From NCBI GenBank assembly GCA_963695545.1, contig OY968796.1:2688001-2752000 (forward strand): a stretch of 64,000 bases of DNA, read 5' to 3'. The translations under genes were made by a program, and so were the position numbers. Within the stretch, counting starts at the first letter, position 1; each line of letters starts with the position of its first letter. Positions 30,384 through 38,850 of this stretch are shown here, piece by piece. Source of the DNA: Terriglobia bacterium (lineage in GTDB: Bacteria; Acidobacteriota; Terriglobia; Acidiferrales; UBA7541). The notes under the pieces are model-generated. The model was not told where the DNA came from. It ran no database searches and worked only from the letters and a program-made list of their open reading frames with translations.

Positions 30384-32780
30384 CTAGATCGTTTCCGCTG
30401 GCGCGGCAGTCAGTGTGAGAATCGCGGTCTGCGAGCCGAGACGTGGGTGCTTCGCGGTCAGGCGCACCGTGCCGGCGATTTCCTTGGCGCGAACCCAGAC
30501 GGCGCCCGTCCCACCAATCAGGGAAAACGGATTGTCACCGATCAGTTCTGCGGGGCCTTCAAGAGTGAAAACCACCGGATCGTTGGCATAGGTTCGCACT
30601 GCGCCGAACTCATCGGTTACGCGCAAGACCACGCGCGTAGTGTCAGCGCCGTCCGCCATCAGCTTCAGGTCATCCGGCAGCAATAGAAACTTGCTGTCGA
30701 CGCCCCTTCCGGACAACGATTTCGAGATCACCTGTTTTCCCGCGAGATAGCCGTCGATCCGCAGGTCGCCCCATCCAGCGCGAAACTTGCTGACGTCGAG
30801 AACGAACGGCGGATATTCCAGATTGGCGAACTCCGCGCGATCCGCATCGAGTTCGGCCAGCGGCATCCACGGATTTGTTTCGACGCTGCCCGCGCGCGTG
30901 AAAATCTTCAGATGATCGCAGTTGGAACAAATCACAGCTTTGGAGAAGCCGACGGATTCATCGCCGCGCGCCCAATGAAACGCCGGTTCGAGCACAATTT
31001 CCTCCGCCGGATCGCATTGCGATTTGTAAAAGCCTCCGGCGGGTTTCGGCTCGCGGAAGATGTCCGCAACACCGTGGTAACAGATGCGATCGCCGGAGCC
31101 GAAGTTCGCGTGCGTGTTGTAATCGAAGGCGCACCAGCCGATGCCTCCAGCGTACTGCGGATCGGAGGCAAGCTGATTGTGGATTCGCGCGTGGCGCAAG
31201 GTGTGTTCGCGCTGGCGCTCGTCGTCATCGGTGGTCTTCGTGGGAAAAGTGTGGCCGACAAATTCGGTATTCAGATAGCGCGGATGGTTCGGCGCTCTCA
31301 ATGGGAACCCGAAATCGTTTATCGTAAAAACGTCTTCGAGAAATTCCGATGCAGCGAAATTCCGGATTCCTCCGGTTTGGCGCGTTCCATCGAGCGCGTG
31401 CGCCAGCGCATTGGTCCGCGTATAGAAATCGTGATCATCCCTCGATTCGTTGATGCGCACGCCCCACAGAATGATCGCGGGATGATTCCAGTCGCGGCGA
31501 ATCATGCGGCCAACGTTGTCGACCGCGGCGTCCTTCCATCCTTCATCGCCAATATGTTGCCAGCCGGGGATCTCTTCGAGCACCAGCAGGCCAATTTCGT
31601 CGCAGCAATCCAGGAAGTGGCGCGACTGCGGATAATGCGACGTGCGTACGATATTGCAGTGCAGTTGCTCGCGCAGAATCTTCGCGTCCTGTCGCTGCAC
31701 GCGCGCCGGCATAGCCTGGCCAACGAATGGAAATGTCTCGTGACGATCGAGTCCGCGCAACTTGATGATGTTGCCGTTCAGCGAAAAGCCGTGATCGGTG
31801 AAGGTCGCGTCGCGGAATCCGATGCGCCGCGTATCTTCATCAATCGCCCGCCCCGAGCGCACCAGGCGCACATGAACTGTGTAGAGTTGGCGCTGCTCGA
31901 GATCCCACAGCTGTACATTGGCCAGGCCGGTGATCGAAACAGTGTGTCGCGCCGGATCGTTCATGGTCTCCGTGCTCGCGTATACGGGCGCGGGCGTGAC
32001 AGGATCGAGCGTGCCGGACGAATCTCCCGGCGCCGCGGCACCGAGAGGAGCCGTCGCTTTCCCCACAACCCGGTCGCCATCGCGCAGTTCCACTTCAATC
32101 GACAGGCCGTTGTCCGCGCCGGTCGCACCAGCGATAAAGCAATCCACATCCAGCGAAGGATTGCCGCTCAACACGTCTTTTGGATAGGCGAAAATGTTAT
32201 CGATATAAGTCGCAGGCACGATGCGCAGCGCGACCTCGCGATAAATCCCGCCAAACGTCATGTAATCGATCTCGTAACCAAACGGAGGAATGTCTGCGCG
32301 CTCGGTCGAATCCAGCTGCACGACCAAAACGTTTTCCGCGTCCTCGCGAAGATGCGGCGTCAGCTCGAATGAAAATGGAGTGAAGCCGCCTTTGTATTCG
32401 CCAAGCGAAACGCCGTTGATCCACACGGTCGACGCGGTCATCGCGCCTTCAAAGTCCACAAACACGCGCTTGCCCGCGGCCGCGCGGGGCAGCCGAAAGC
32501 GTCGTCGATATGTGGAAATGAATTCGTAATCCTTGTCGTCGAAGCTGTGCCACGGCGCGCGGATGTTCGCGTGAGGTATCACCACGCGCTCGAACGCGGA
32601 GTCGTCAAACTCAGGCCGCTCGGCGCCATCCACTTTTGCCGGATGGTAGCGCCAGCCGCGGTTGATCGGCAGAATTATCCGGCCCATCGCAGTCTGCTCT
32701 TCCGCGAACGCCGAAGTTCCTCGCAGAGCCGTTGCCGCCAGAGCCGCACCAGTTGTCTTGATAAAGTCGCGTCGGTCCAT
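30384..32780 (-). CDS. Tat-exported GH2 beta-galactosidase-like hydrolase
   Basis: MDRRDFIK leader; FEGAMT, FGGIYREV, RTSHYPQ, RDWNHPAIILWGVRINES, NTEF, WCAFDY. Confidence 0.9.
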   Translation of the reverse strand: MDRRDFIKTTGAALAATALRGTSAFAEEQTAMGRIILPINRGWRYHPAKVDGAERPEFDDSAFERVVIPHANIRAPWHSFDDKDYEFISTYRRRFRLPRAAAGKRVFVDFEGAMTASTVWINGVSLGEYKGGFTPFSFELTPHLREDAENVLVVQLDSTERADIPPFGYEIDYMTFGGIYREVALRIVPATYIDNIFAYPKDVLSGNPSLDVDCFIAGATGADNGLSIEVELRDGDRVVGKATAPLGAAAPGDSSGTLDPVTPAPVYASTETMNDPARHTVSITGLANVQLWDLEQRQLYTVHVRLVRSGRAIDEDTRRIGFRDATFTDHGFSLNGNIIKLRGLDRHETFPFVGQAMPARVQRQDAKILREQLHCNIVRTSHYPQSRHFLDCCDEIGLLVLEEIPGWQHIGDEGWKDAAVDNVGRMIRRDWNHPAIILWGVRINESRDDHDFYTRTNALAHALDGTRQTGGIRNFAASEFLEDVFTINDFGFPLRAPNHPRYLNTEFVGHTFPTKTTDDDERQREHTLRHARIHNQLASDPQYAGGIGWCAFDYNTHANFGSGDRICYHGVADIFREPKPAGGFYKSQCDPAEEIVLEPAFHWARGDESVGFSKAVICSNCDHLKIFTRAGSVETNPWMPLAELDADRAEFANLEYPPFVLDVSKFRAGWGDLRIDGYLAGKQVISKSLSGRGVDSKFLLLPDDLKLMADGADTTRVVLRVTDEFGAVRTYANDPVVFTLEGPAELIGDNPFSLIGGTGAVWVRAKEIAGTVRLTAKHPRLGSQTAILTLTAAPAETI

Positions 32781-32878
32781 GTGTCCTTTCGCAAAACAGT
32801 TCGAGCTTCACGATCGCGGGCTCTGCTCCGAGTCCGCCAAAATTTTGAAAGCTGCAGATTCATGCACCGCGTGCGGCT

Positions 32879-35020
32879 TCACCTTTCAACTGTGATCTCA
32901 TACCACGTCGTCACCGGCTGCCCGAGATGAATCTTCCAGCTGTCTCCGAGCTGTTCAGCTTTCGTCGGAGCACCGAGCGGCTGTCCCGCGCCGTCGATTG
33001 GTTGGACGTCGACCCCGCGCGCGCCTTGCAAGCCGGTCAGCGTAATCGTCCCTTTTACCTGATCGATCAGCGACGGCGAATCTCCCCAATTGGTCACATC
33101 CGTTCCCGCCGTATTCCATTGTTGCCCCGTATTCTCGACGCGCCCTCCCGCAACCAGAAGCAGCTTCGAAGCTTGATCGATCGGTTTCTCGTCGAGCGAA
33201 CTGAGTTCGATCGTGCAAAAAGCGTTATCCACCTGCGCCCCAAGATTGCTCACGGCTTTTTCATTCGCGCGCACGAATCCGATCAGCGCCTGGCTTCGCG
33301 GCGTATCGACGGTGACCACTCCGCCCTGCTGCGGCGACGTATACCACGTAAGCTGCCGCGTGTCGGACACGATGGGATCGGGCGCCGCCTCTTTCGGAAA
33401 AGTTTGCGTCGGGGGCCCATCGAGCGACGAAATCCGCACCTCATGTTCGAGCGGCAGATAGAGCGGAAAGCCGAGCGTAAAGTAAGGCCGGTCGGTCGTC
33501 GGCAGAATCATCGTGTCAAAAACTTGCTCCGCCGTGTAAGAACGTTCCACCACGCTGCGCGCCGTCTCCACGTCGCCACGCAGAAACAGCAGCGCGCCCG
33601 CCGCAAGCTCCGGCATTTTTACCGGATCGAGTCCGATGTCGAATGCGTCGCCCACATACGGCTTCCACGCCGGATCGAGTTTCGGTTCAAACGTGTACCA
33701 CATGATCGCGTCCCAATCCTGCAGCGCGCCGTAAGCGGCCAGGATCGGAATTCCTTCGCTGTCGTAGTCGTTCGGAAACGGATTATTCACTTCGCTCACG
33801 GTGTAAGGCTTTCCCGCGATCGCCGAGCGCGATAGCTCCACCACCGTCGAGTTCAACGGATCGTTCACCATCGGAGAGCGCCGAGAGTAAACACCCGGAT
33901 GCTCCCAATAATCGTGCCCATCGATCACGTCCATCGACGACATCGCGCGCAAAATCGGATAGCCGCTATTCGAGTGGCTGTGGTCCGCCGTCGCGATCAC
34001 CAGCGATTTCGATCCCAGCGTCTGCTTTATGTAATTCTCCATGTCCGCAAAATAATCGTGTTGCAGATCGTTGTAGAACTCCGCCTCCGCGTAAATGCGT
34101 TCCGGCGGCGCCGCGGCCTCCACTGGCGCCCCGCCGGGAAACGGCCCGCGCGGCTGCATCAGCGGCACGGCCGCACTGTCGTCTTTCACGCCGGCGATCG
34201 CGCGCAGCTTTGCGATCTCCTCGGCCGTGCGATGCTTCGCGAGCCACACGTTGTACATGTCCGTCAGCTCTTGCTCGTAGAACGGCGACGGTCCGCGAAA
34301 TCCGATGTTGATCGCGTTCTCGTTGTTGATTTCGACGAGCGCCACCGCCGGATCGTCCGTGTACTTTAGTTTCGTGTACGGATTCAGATGCCCCAGCAGT
34401 TGCTTCGCGTAATCTTTCTGCAATTCGATCATGCGCCGATCGTAGAGTGAAGTTCCCTTGGAACCTTGTCTCAACTGATCCGCATCCTGCACGCCGTCCC
34501 CAGCCTTGAACGGCCGCCCGACCAATAGATTGAAATCGATATAAATCCCGCGCTTCTCAAGCTCGGCGATAAAAAAATCCTCCCGATCGAGCGCGTCCGC
34601 GTCGAAACTCTGCGTGTCCGCGCGACCGGCGTCAATTAGCCCGCGCGGCGTCAGCAGATCGAGAAACTGAAACCGCACGCAATCCACGCCAAAGCGCGCC
34701 AACGTTCCCGCCCACAGCGCCGCGTCCGCTTTCGGCGGAATCTGTTGCGAGCCTTTGCTCCAATCCGTAATGTTCACGCCCCACAAGCGAATGCGCGCGC
34801 CGTCTCCCGTCGCCAAATGCCCATCCTTCACCTCGATAAATCCGTGTTTTCCCGCCGGCGCGTCGAGCAAGAACGACACATCCACCGGCGACGCCGTAAG
34901 CGCTCCCCGCCGATGATCCATCGTGAACGGCACCATCCCGTCCGTCGTCTGTGCCAGCAGCAAACTCCCACTCGCGGCAACGGCCAGCAGCAGCGCAATT
35001 ATCCTCACGCAGATTTTCAT
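32879..35020 (-). CDS. Secreted uncharacterised clan GH-A-like glycoside hydrolase (GH148/GH5-related), paralog 2
   Basis: Signal peptide; LDAPAGKHGF, RLWGVN, GIYIDFNL, HLNPYT, EINNEN (putative acid/base), TVSEVN (putative nucleophile), LQDWD. Confidence 0.65.
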   Translation of the reverse strand: MKICVRIIALLLAVAASGSLLLAQTTDGMVPFTMDHRRGALTASPVDVSFLLDAPAGKHGFIEVKDGHLATGDGARIRLWGVNITDWSKGSQQIPPKADAALWAGTLARFGVDCVRFQFLDLLTPRGLIDAGRADTQSFDADALDREDFFIAELEKRGIYIDFNLLVGRPFKAGDGVQDADQLRQGSKGTSLYDRRMIELQKDYAKQLLGHLNPYTKLKYTDDPAVALVEINNENAINIGFRGPSPFYEQELTDMYNVWLAKHRTAEEIAKLRAIAGVKDDSAAVPLMQPRGPFPGGAPVEAAAPPERIYAEAEFYNDLQHDYFADMENYIKQTLGSKSLVIATADHSHSNSGYPILRAMSSMDVIDGHDYWEHPGVYSRRSPMVNDPLNSTVVELSRSAIAGKPYTVSEVNNPFPNDYDSEGIPILAAYGALQDWDAIMWYTFEPKLDPAWKPYVGDAFDIGLDPVKMPELAAGALLFLRGDVETARSVVERSYTAEQVFDTMILPTTDRPYFTLGFPLYLPLEHEVRISSLDGPPTQTFPKEAAPDPIVSDTRQLTWYTSPQQGGVVTVDTPRSQALIGFVRANEKAVSNLGAQVDNAFCTIELSSLDEKPIDQASKLLLVAGGRVENTGQQWNTAGTDVTNWGDSPSLIDQVKGTITLTGLQGARGVDVQPIDGAGQPLGAPTKAEQLGDSWKIHLGQPVTTWYEITVER

Positions 35021-35040
35021 GGGATCCCTTTCCGTAGATC

Positions 35041-37218
35041 TCATCGTTGCACCGTAATCTCGTACCAGGTAGTGACCGTGTCTCCGATCGGAATCTTCCA
35101 GCTATCGCCAGCGTGCGCGGCATTGTCACTTGGCGCAGCACGCGTCGCCATAATCGGCGCGCCGACCGGCTGCCCCGCGCCATCGATCGGCTGCACGCTG
35201 ACCGCGCGCGCGCCCACGATCCCGCGCAACGTTATCGTGCCCTTCACCTGCTCGATGAGCGTCGGCGAACCTCCCCAATTCGTCACCGCCGTCTCCGCCG
35301 AATTCCACACTTGCCCCGTGTTCTCAACGCGCCCTCCCGCGATCAACAGCAGCTTCGACGCCTGCGCAATGGGCCGCGCGTCAAGCGAACTTAGCTGGAT
35401 CGTACAAAAAGTATTCTCAACCTCAGCAGCGAGATTGCTCACCGATTTACCATTTGCCCGCACAAATCCAACGAGCGCCTGGCTTCGCGGTGTGTCGATC
35501 GTCACCAAGCCAGTTTGTTGCACCGAGGTGTACCACGCGAGCTGCCTCGTGTCGGAAACGATCGGATCGGGCATCGCGCCTTCAGGAAAAACCTGAGTCG
35601 CAGGCCCATCCAGCGACGAAATCCTCACTTCATGCTCGAGCGGCAGATAAAGTGGAAACCCCGGCGTAAAGTAAGGCCGATCGGAAACCGGCAAAATCAT
35701 ACTGTCGAAAACTTGTTTCTCCGAGTACGAGCGTTCCACCACACTCCGCGCCTTTTCCACGTCGCCGCGAAGAAACATCAACGCCCCCGCTGCCAGCTCC
35801 GGCATTTTTACCGGATCGAGTGACACATCGTACGGATCGCCTACGTAGGGCTTCCATGCCGGATCGGCTTTCGGTTCAAACGTGTAAAACATCACCGCGT
35901 CCCAGTCCTGCAGCGCTCCATAAGCGGCGTCGATCGGAATCCCCTCGCCGTTGTAATCGCTCGGAAACGGATTGTTCGTCTCGCTCACCGTGTAAGGCTT
36001 CCCCGCGATCGCCGAGCGCGATAGCGAGACCACGCTCGAATTCAGCGGATCGTTGACCATCGGAGATTTGTGCTCGTACTGCCACGAGGGAGGAGTCCAG
36101 TAAATATGTCCGTCGATTACGTCCATCGACGACGTGGCATGCAGAAACGGATAGCCGCTCGCCGCATGGTTGTGGTCTGCGCTCGCGATCATCAGCGATT
36201 TCGCCCCGACCGTCGTCCTCAGATAATTTTCCATGTCCACAAAATAATCGCGCTGCAAATCGTCGTAGAACTCCGCTTCCGTACGGACGCGCTCCTCCGC
36301 CACCGCGGCCTGCGGCGGAACCGGCCCGTTGTACGTCGCCAGAGGCTGCGGCTGGATAATTGGCACCGGCGTGTCGGCCCCTTGCACTCCCGCGATCTCG
36401 CGCAGCTCCGCGATTTGCTCCGGCGTACGATGCTTCGCCAGCCACTGGTTATATATGTCCGTCAGCTCCTGCACATAAAACGGCGAGGGCAAGCGAAACC
36501 CCACGTTGATCGCGTTCTCATTGTTGATTTCAACGAACGCCACCGCCGGGTCTTCCGCGTACTTCAACTTGGTGTAGGGATTCACGTGGTCCAGCAGCTT
36601 CTGCGCGTAATCCTTCTGCAATTCAATCAAACGCTTGTCGAACAGCGAGACTCCTTTCGCGCCTAAACCCAGAAGTTGCGCATCCTCCACGCCATCGGCC
36701 GCCTTGAACGGCCGCACCACCAGAAGATTGAAATCGATATAGATGCCGCGCTTTTCAAGCTCGGCCAGGAAATAATCTTCCCGATCGAACGCTTCCGCGT
36801 CGAATGCTTGCGTGTCCTCGCGTTTGCCATCGATCAGCCCGCGCGGCGTCTGGAAATCCAGAAACTGCAGCCGCACGCAATTCACGCCGTAGCGCGCCAG
36901 CGTCGCCGCCCACATCGGCGCGTCCTCTTTAGACGGAATTTGCTGCGAACCCGGACTCCAATCCGAGATGTTCAGGCCCCAGAAGCGAATGCGCTGGCCG
37001 TCCGCGGTCGCCAGATGCCCGTCCTTCACCACCACGAAACCATGCTTGCCCGCCGGCGCATCCAGCAGGAAAGAAACATCCACCGGCGATGCTGCGAGCG
37101 CCCCGCGGCGATTATCCATCGTGGAGGGCACCATGCCGTTCGTCGTCTGCGCGACGAGCACGCCTCCGCTTCCGGCCAGGGCGAGCAATAGCGCGATCGT
37201 CGTGACGCAGATTTTCAT
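35041..37218 (-). CDS. Secreted uncharacterised clan GH-A-like glycoside hydrolase (GH148/GH5-related), paralog 1
   Basis: Same motifs as its neighbour (RFWGLN, EINNEN, TVSETN); collinear over the full length. Confidence 0.65.
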   Translation of the reverse strand: MKICVTTIALLLALAGSGGVLVAQTTNGMVPSTMDNRRGALAASPVDVSFLLDAPAGKHGFVVVKDGHLATADGQRIRFWGLNISDWSPGSQQIPSKEDAPMWAATLARYGVNCVRLQFLDFQTPRGLIDGKREDTQAFDAEAFDREDYFLAELEKRGIYIDFNLLVVRPFKAADGVEDAQLLGLGAKGVSLFDKRLIELQKDYAQKLLDHVNPYTKLKYAEDPAVAFVEINNENAINVGFRLPSPFYVQELTDIYNQWLAKHRTPEQIAELREIAGVQGADTPVPIIQPQPLATYNGPVPPQAAVAEERVRTEAEFYDDLQRDYFVDMENYLRTTVGAKSLMIASADHNHAASGYPFLHATSSMDVIDGHIYWTPPSWQYEHKSPMVNDPLNSSVVSLSRSAIAGKPYTVSETNNPFPSDYNGEGIPIDAAYGALQDWDAVMFYTFEPKADPAWKPYVGDPYDVSLDPVKMPELAAGALMFLRGDVEKARSVVERSYSEKQVFDSMILPVSDRPYFTPGFPLYLPLEHEVRISSLDGPATQVFPEGAMPDPIVSDTRQLAWYTSVQQTGLVTIDTPRSQALVGFVRANGKSVSNLAAEVENTFCTIQLSSLDARPIAQASKLLLIAGGRVENTGQVWNSAETAVTNWGGSPTLIEQVKGTITLRGIVGARAVSVQPIDGAGQPVGAPIMATRAAPSDNAAHAGDSWKIPIGDTVTTWYEITVQR

Positions 37219-37306
37219 AGGATCCCTCGTGAAACGTGCGGAGGTTCAAGGCACGTTCGCAGATTCCAAGCCAAATTCGGCGCCCGCGCACAAAACGGAC
37301 GCCACA

Positions 37307-37353
37307 ACTCTACGCCCGTCACCTCCTGATGCGTATCCCACGAAAGTCGGATA
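37307..37353 (-). promoter_or_regulatory. Dyad box 1 (TCCGAC-TTTC-GTGGGA) plus -10 TAGAGT upstream of the GH-GH-GH2 operon
   Basis: TATCCCAC-GAAA-GTCGGATA at 37334-37353; on the minus strand the box ends 23 nt before TAGAGT. Confidence 0.7.
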
Positions 37354-37381
37354 CCCCTTTCCTTGATGATTTGCGCCGCAC

Positions 37382-37448
37382 CCGCCCTGTGGATATCCAT
37401 TCGAATACTCATAATGTAGTTGACAACTATTTTCGTCTGCGCTATACT
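37382..37448 (+). promoter_or_regulatory. Sigma70 promoter of element copy B plus conserved upstream block
   Basis: TTGACA (37420-37425), 17 nt, TATACT (37443-37448); upstream CGCCCTGTGGA...TTCGAATACT. Confidence 0.8.
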
Positions 37449-37453
37449 CCTAC

Positions 37454-37748
37454 GTGTTCGCTGATAACATTTCGAATTGCCCCTCGCCTCGCGGCTCTTT
37501 CCGCCCGCGGTTTGCCCTCGCTCATCTCGGATCGCCTGCCAAATTTCATCGATTCATTGCCATCGATCCGCACTCATCTGCACCAAAGTGCCTCTCCAAC
37601 CCCTTTATTTTCACACTCATGCAAAAGAGTGCGCATCTTATTGAAAATAAACACGATCAAGTCTATTGCGTTCACACTCATCCCCACTCTTCCCCTGCAA
37701 GTCCTTTGTTTTCTGTTCTTTCGCAAATTACACCGGGGGTGTATATAC
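37454..37748 (+). ncRNA. Candidate structured RNA or long 5' leader, copy B
   Basis: Shares GTGTTCGC, TTCGAATTGCCC, TGCAAAAGAGTGCGCA, TTCACACTCATCC, CCCTGCAA, CTTTCGCAAA and ACCGGGGGTGTATATAC with copy A, in the same order. Confidence 0.55.
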
Positions 37749-37902
37749 CCACTCTCCTACTAAAGGCGGATTCACACCCCACCCCAACTGTGCTCCGATG
37801 CACCCGCGCGGAAATGCCCGAGCGTGAGTTGCGCCTGCCGCCCGCCGAAGAATCGACGGCCACGCCACCGAACGCCGAAATTCGCCAAAGAGGGAACGAG
37901 AC

Positions 37903-38787
37903 ATGAATATCCGCGAGCTTCCTCGCATCACGATCTGCCTGGCGCTCGCCCTGCTAACGTCGTGCACGGCAGCGCTCGCCCAGAAACCTGTCGTTGAGCT
38001 CTGGCCCAACGGCGCTCCCGGCTCGGAAGGCAAGACGTCGCCGGAGACCGTGCGCATTTCCGATCAGGGCGATCACGTGATCTCGAATGTCAATCGCCCT
38101 TCGATCACCGTCTATCTCCCGACCCCGGATAAAGCCACCGGCGCGGCGGTCGTCGTCATCCCCGGCGGCGGCCACAGTGAAATTTGGATCGACCACGAAG
38201 GCTACACCGTCGCCGCGTGGTTGAGTGATCACGGCGTCGCCGCCTTCGTCCTCAAATATCGACTCGCGCACGCTCCCGGTTCCACCTACACCATCGAAGG
38301 CACCGAATTGGACGACACCCAGCGCGCCATTCGTTTGGTACGCAGCCGCGCTGCCGAATGGGGCGTCGATCCGAATCGCATCGGCGTGATCGGGTTTTCC
38401 GCTGGCGGCCAATTGGCCGCGCTGGCCGGCACGCGCTACGACTCCGGCAACGCCGCCGCGACGGACCCGATAGATCGCGAAAGTTCCAGGCCCGACTTTC
38501 AGGGATTGATTTATCCCGGACTTCCCGACACTCCGCCTCTCGCTCTCACAAAGGACACGCCTCCGGCATTTCTAGCCTGCGGCGCTGATGACCGCCCCAA
38601 TGTTTCCGAGGGCGTTGCACGACTCTATCTTGCAATGAAGCAGGCCGGCATCCCGGTCGAGCTCCACATTTTCGCCGGCGTCGGACACGGATTCGGTATG
38701 CGCAACACCAACACCGGAAACATGAGCACGTGGACGGACCTGTTTTACGGCTGGCTAGGCACCAGCGGTTTCCTGACGCACAAATAA
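37903..38787 (+). CDS. Secreted alpha/beta hydrolase (putative carbohydrate esterase)
   Basis: PGGG oxyanion motif, AFVLKYRL, IGVIGFSAGG nucleophile elbow, GHGFG; signal peptide. Confidence 0.88.
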   Translation: MNIRELPRITICLALALLTSCTAALAQKPVVELWPNGAPGSEGKTSPETVRISDQGDHVISNVNRPSITVYLPTPDKATGAAVVVIPGGGHSEIWIDHEGYTVAAWLSDHGVAAFVLKYRLAHAPGSTYTIEGTELDDTQRAIRLVRSRAAEWGVDPNRIGVIGFSAGGQLAALAGTRYDSGNAAATDPIDRESSRPDFQGLIYPGLPDTPPLALTKDTPPAFLACGADDRPNVSEGVARLYLAMKQAGIPVELHIFAGVGHGFGMRNTNTGNMSTWTDLFYGWLGTSGFLTHK

Positions 38788-38850
38788 AATTTGGTTGAAC
38801 GAGAAAGTCGACAAAAGATCACGCGCACAAGCGAAACGAGGCCAACTTCG

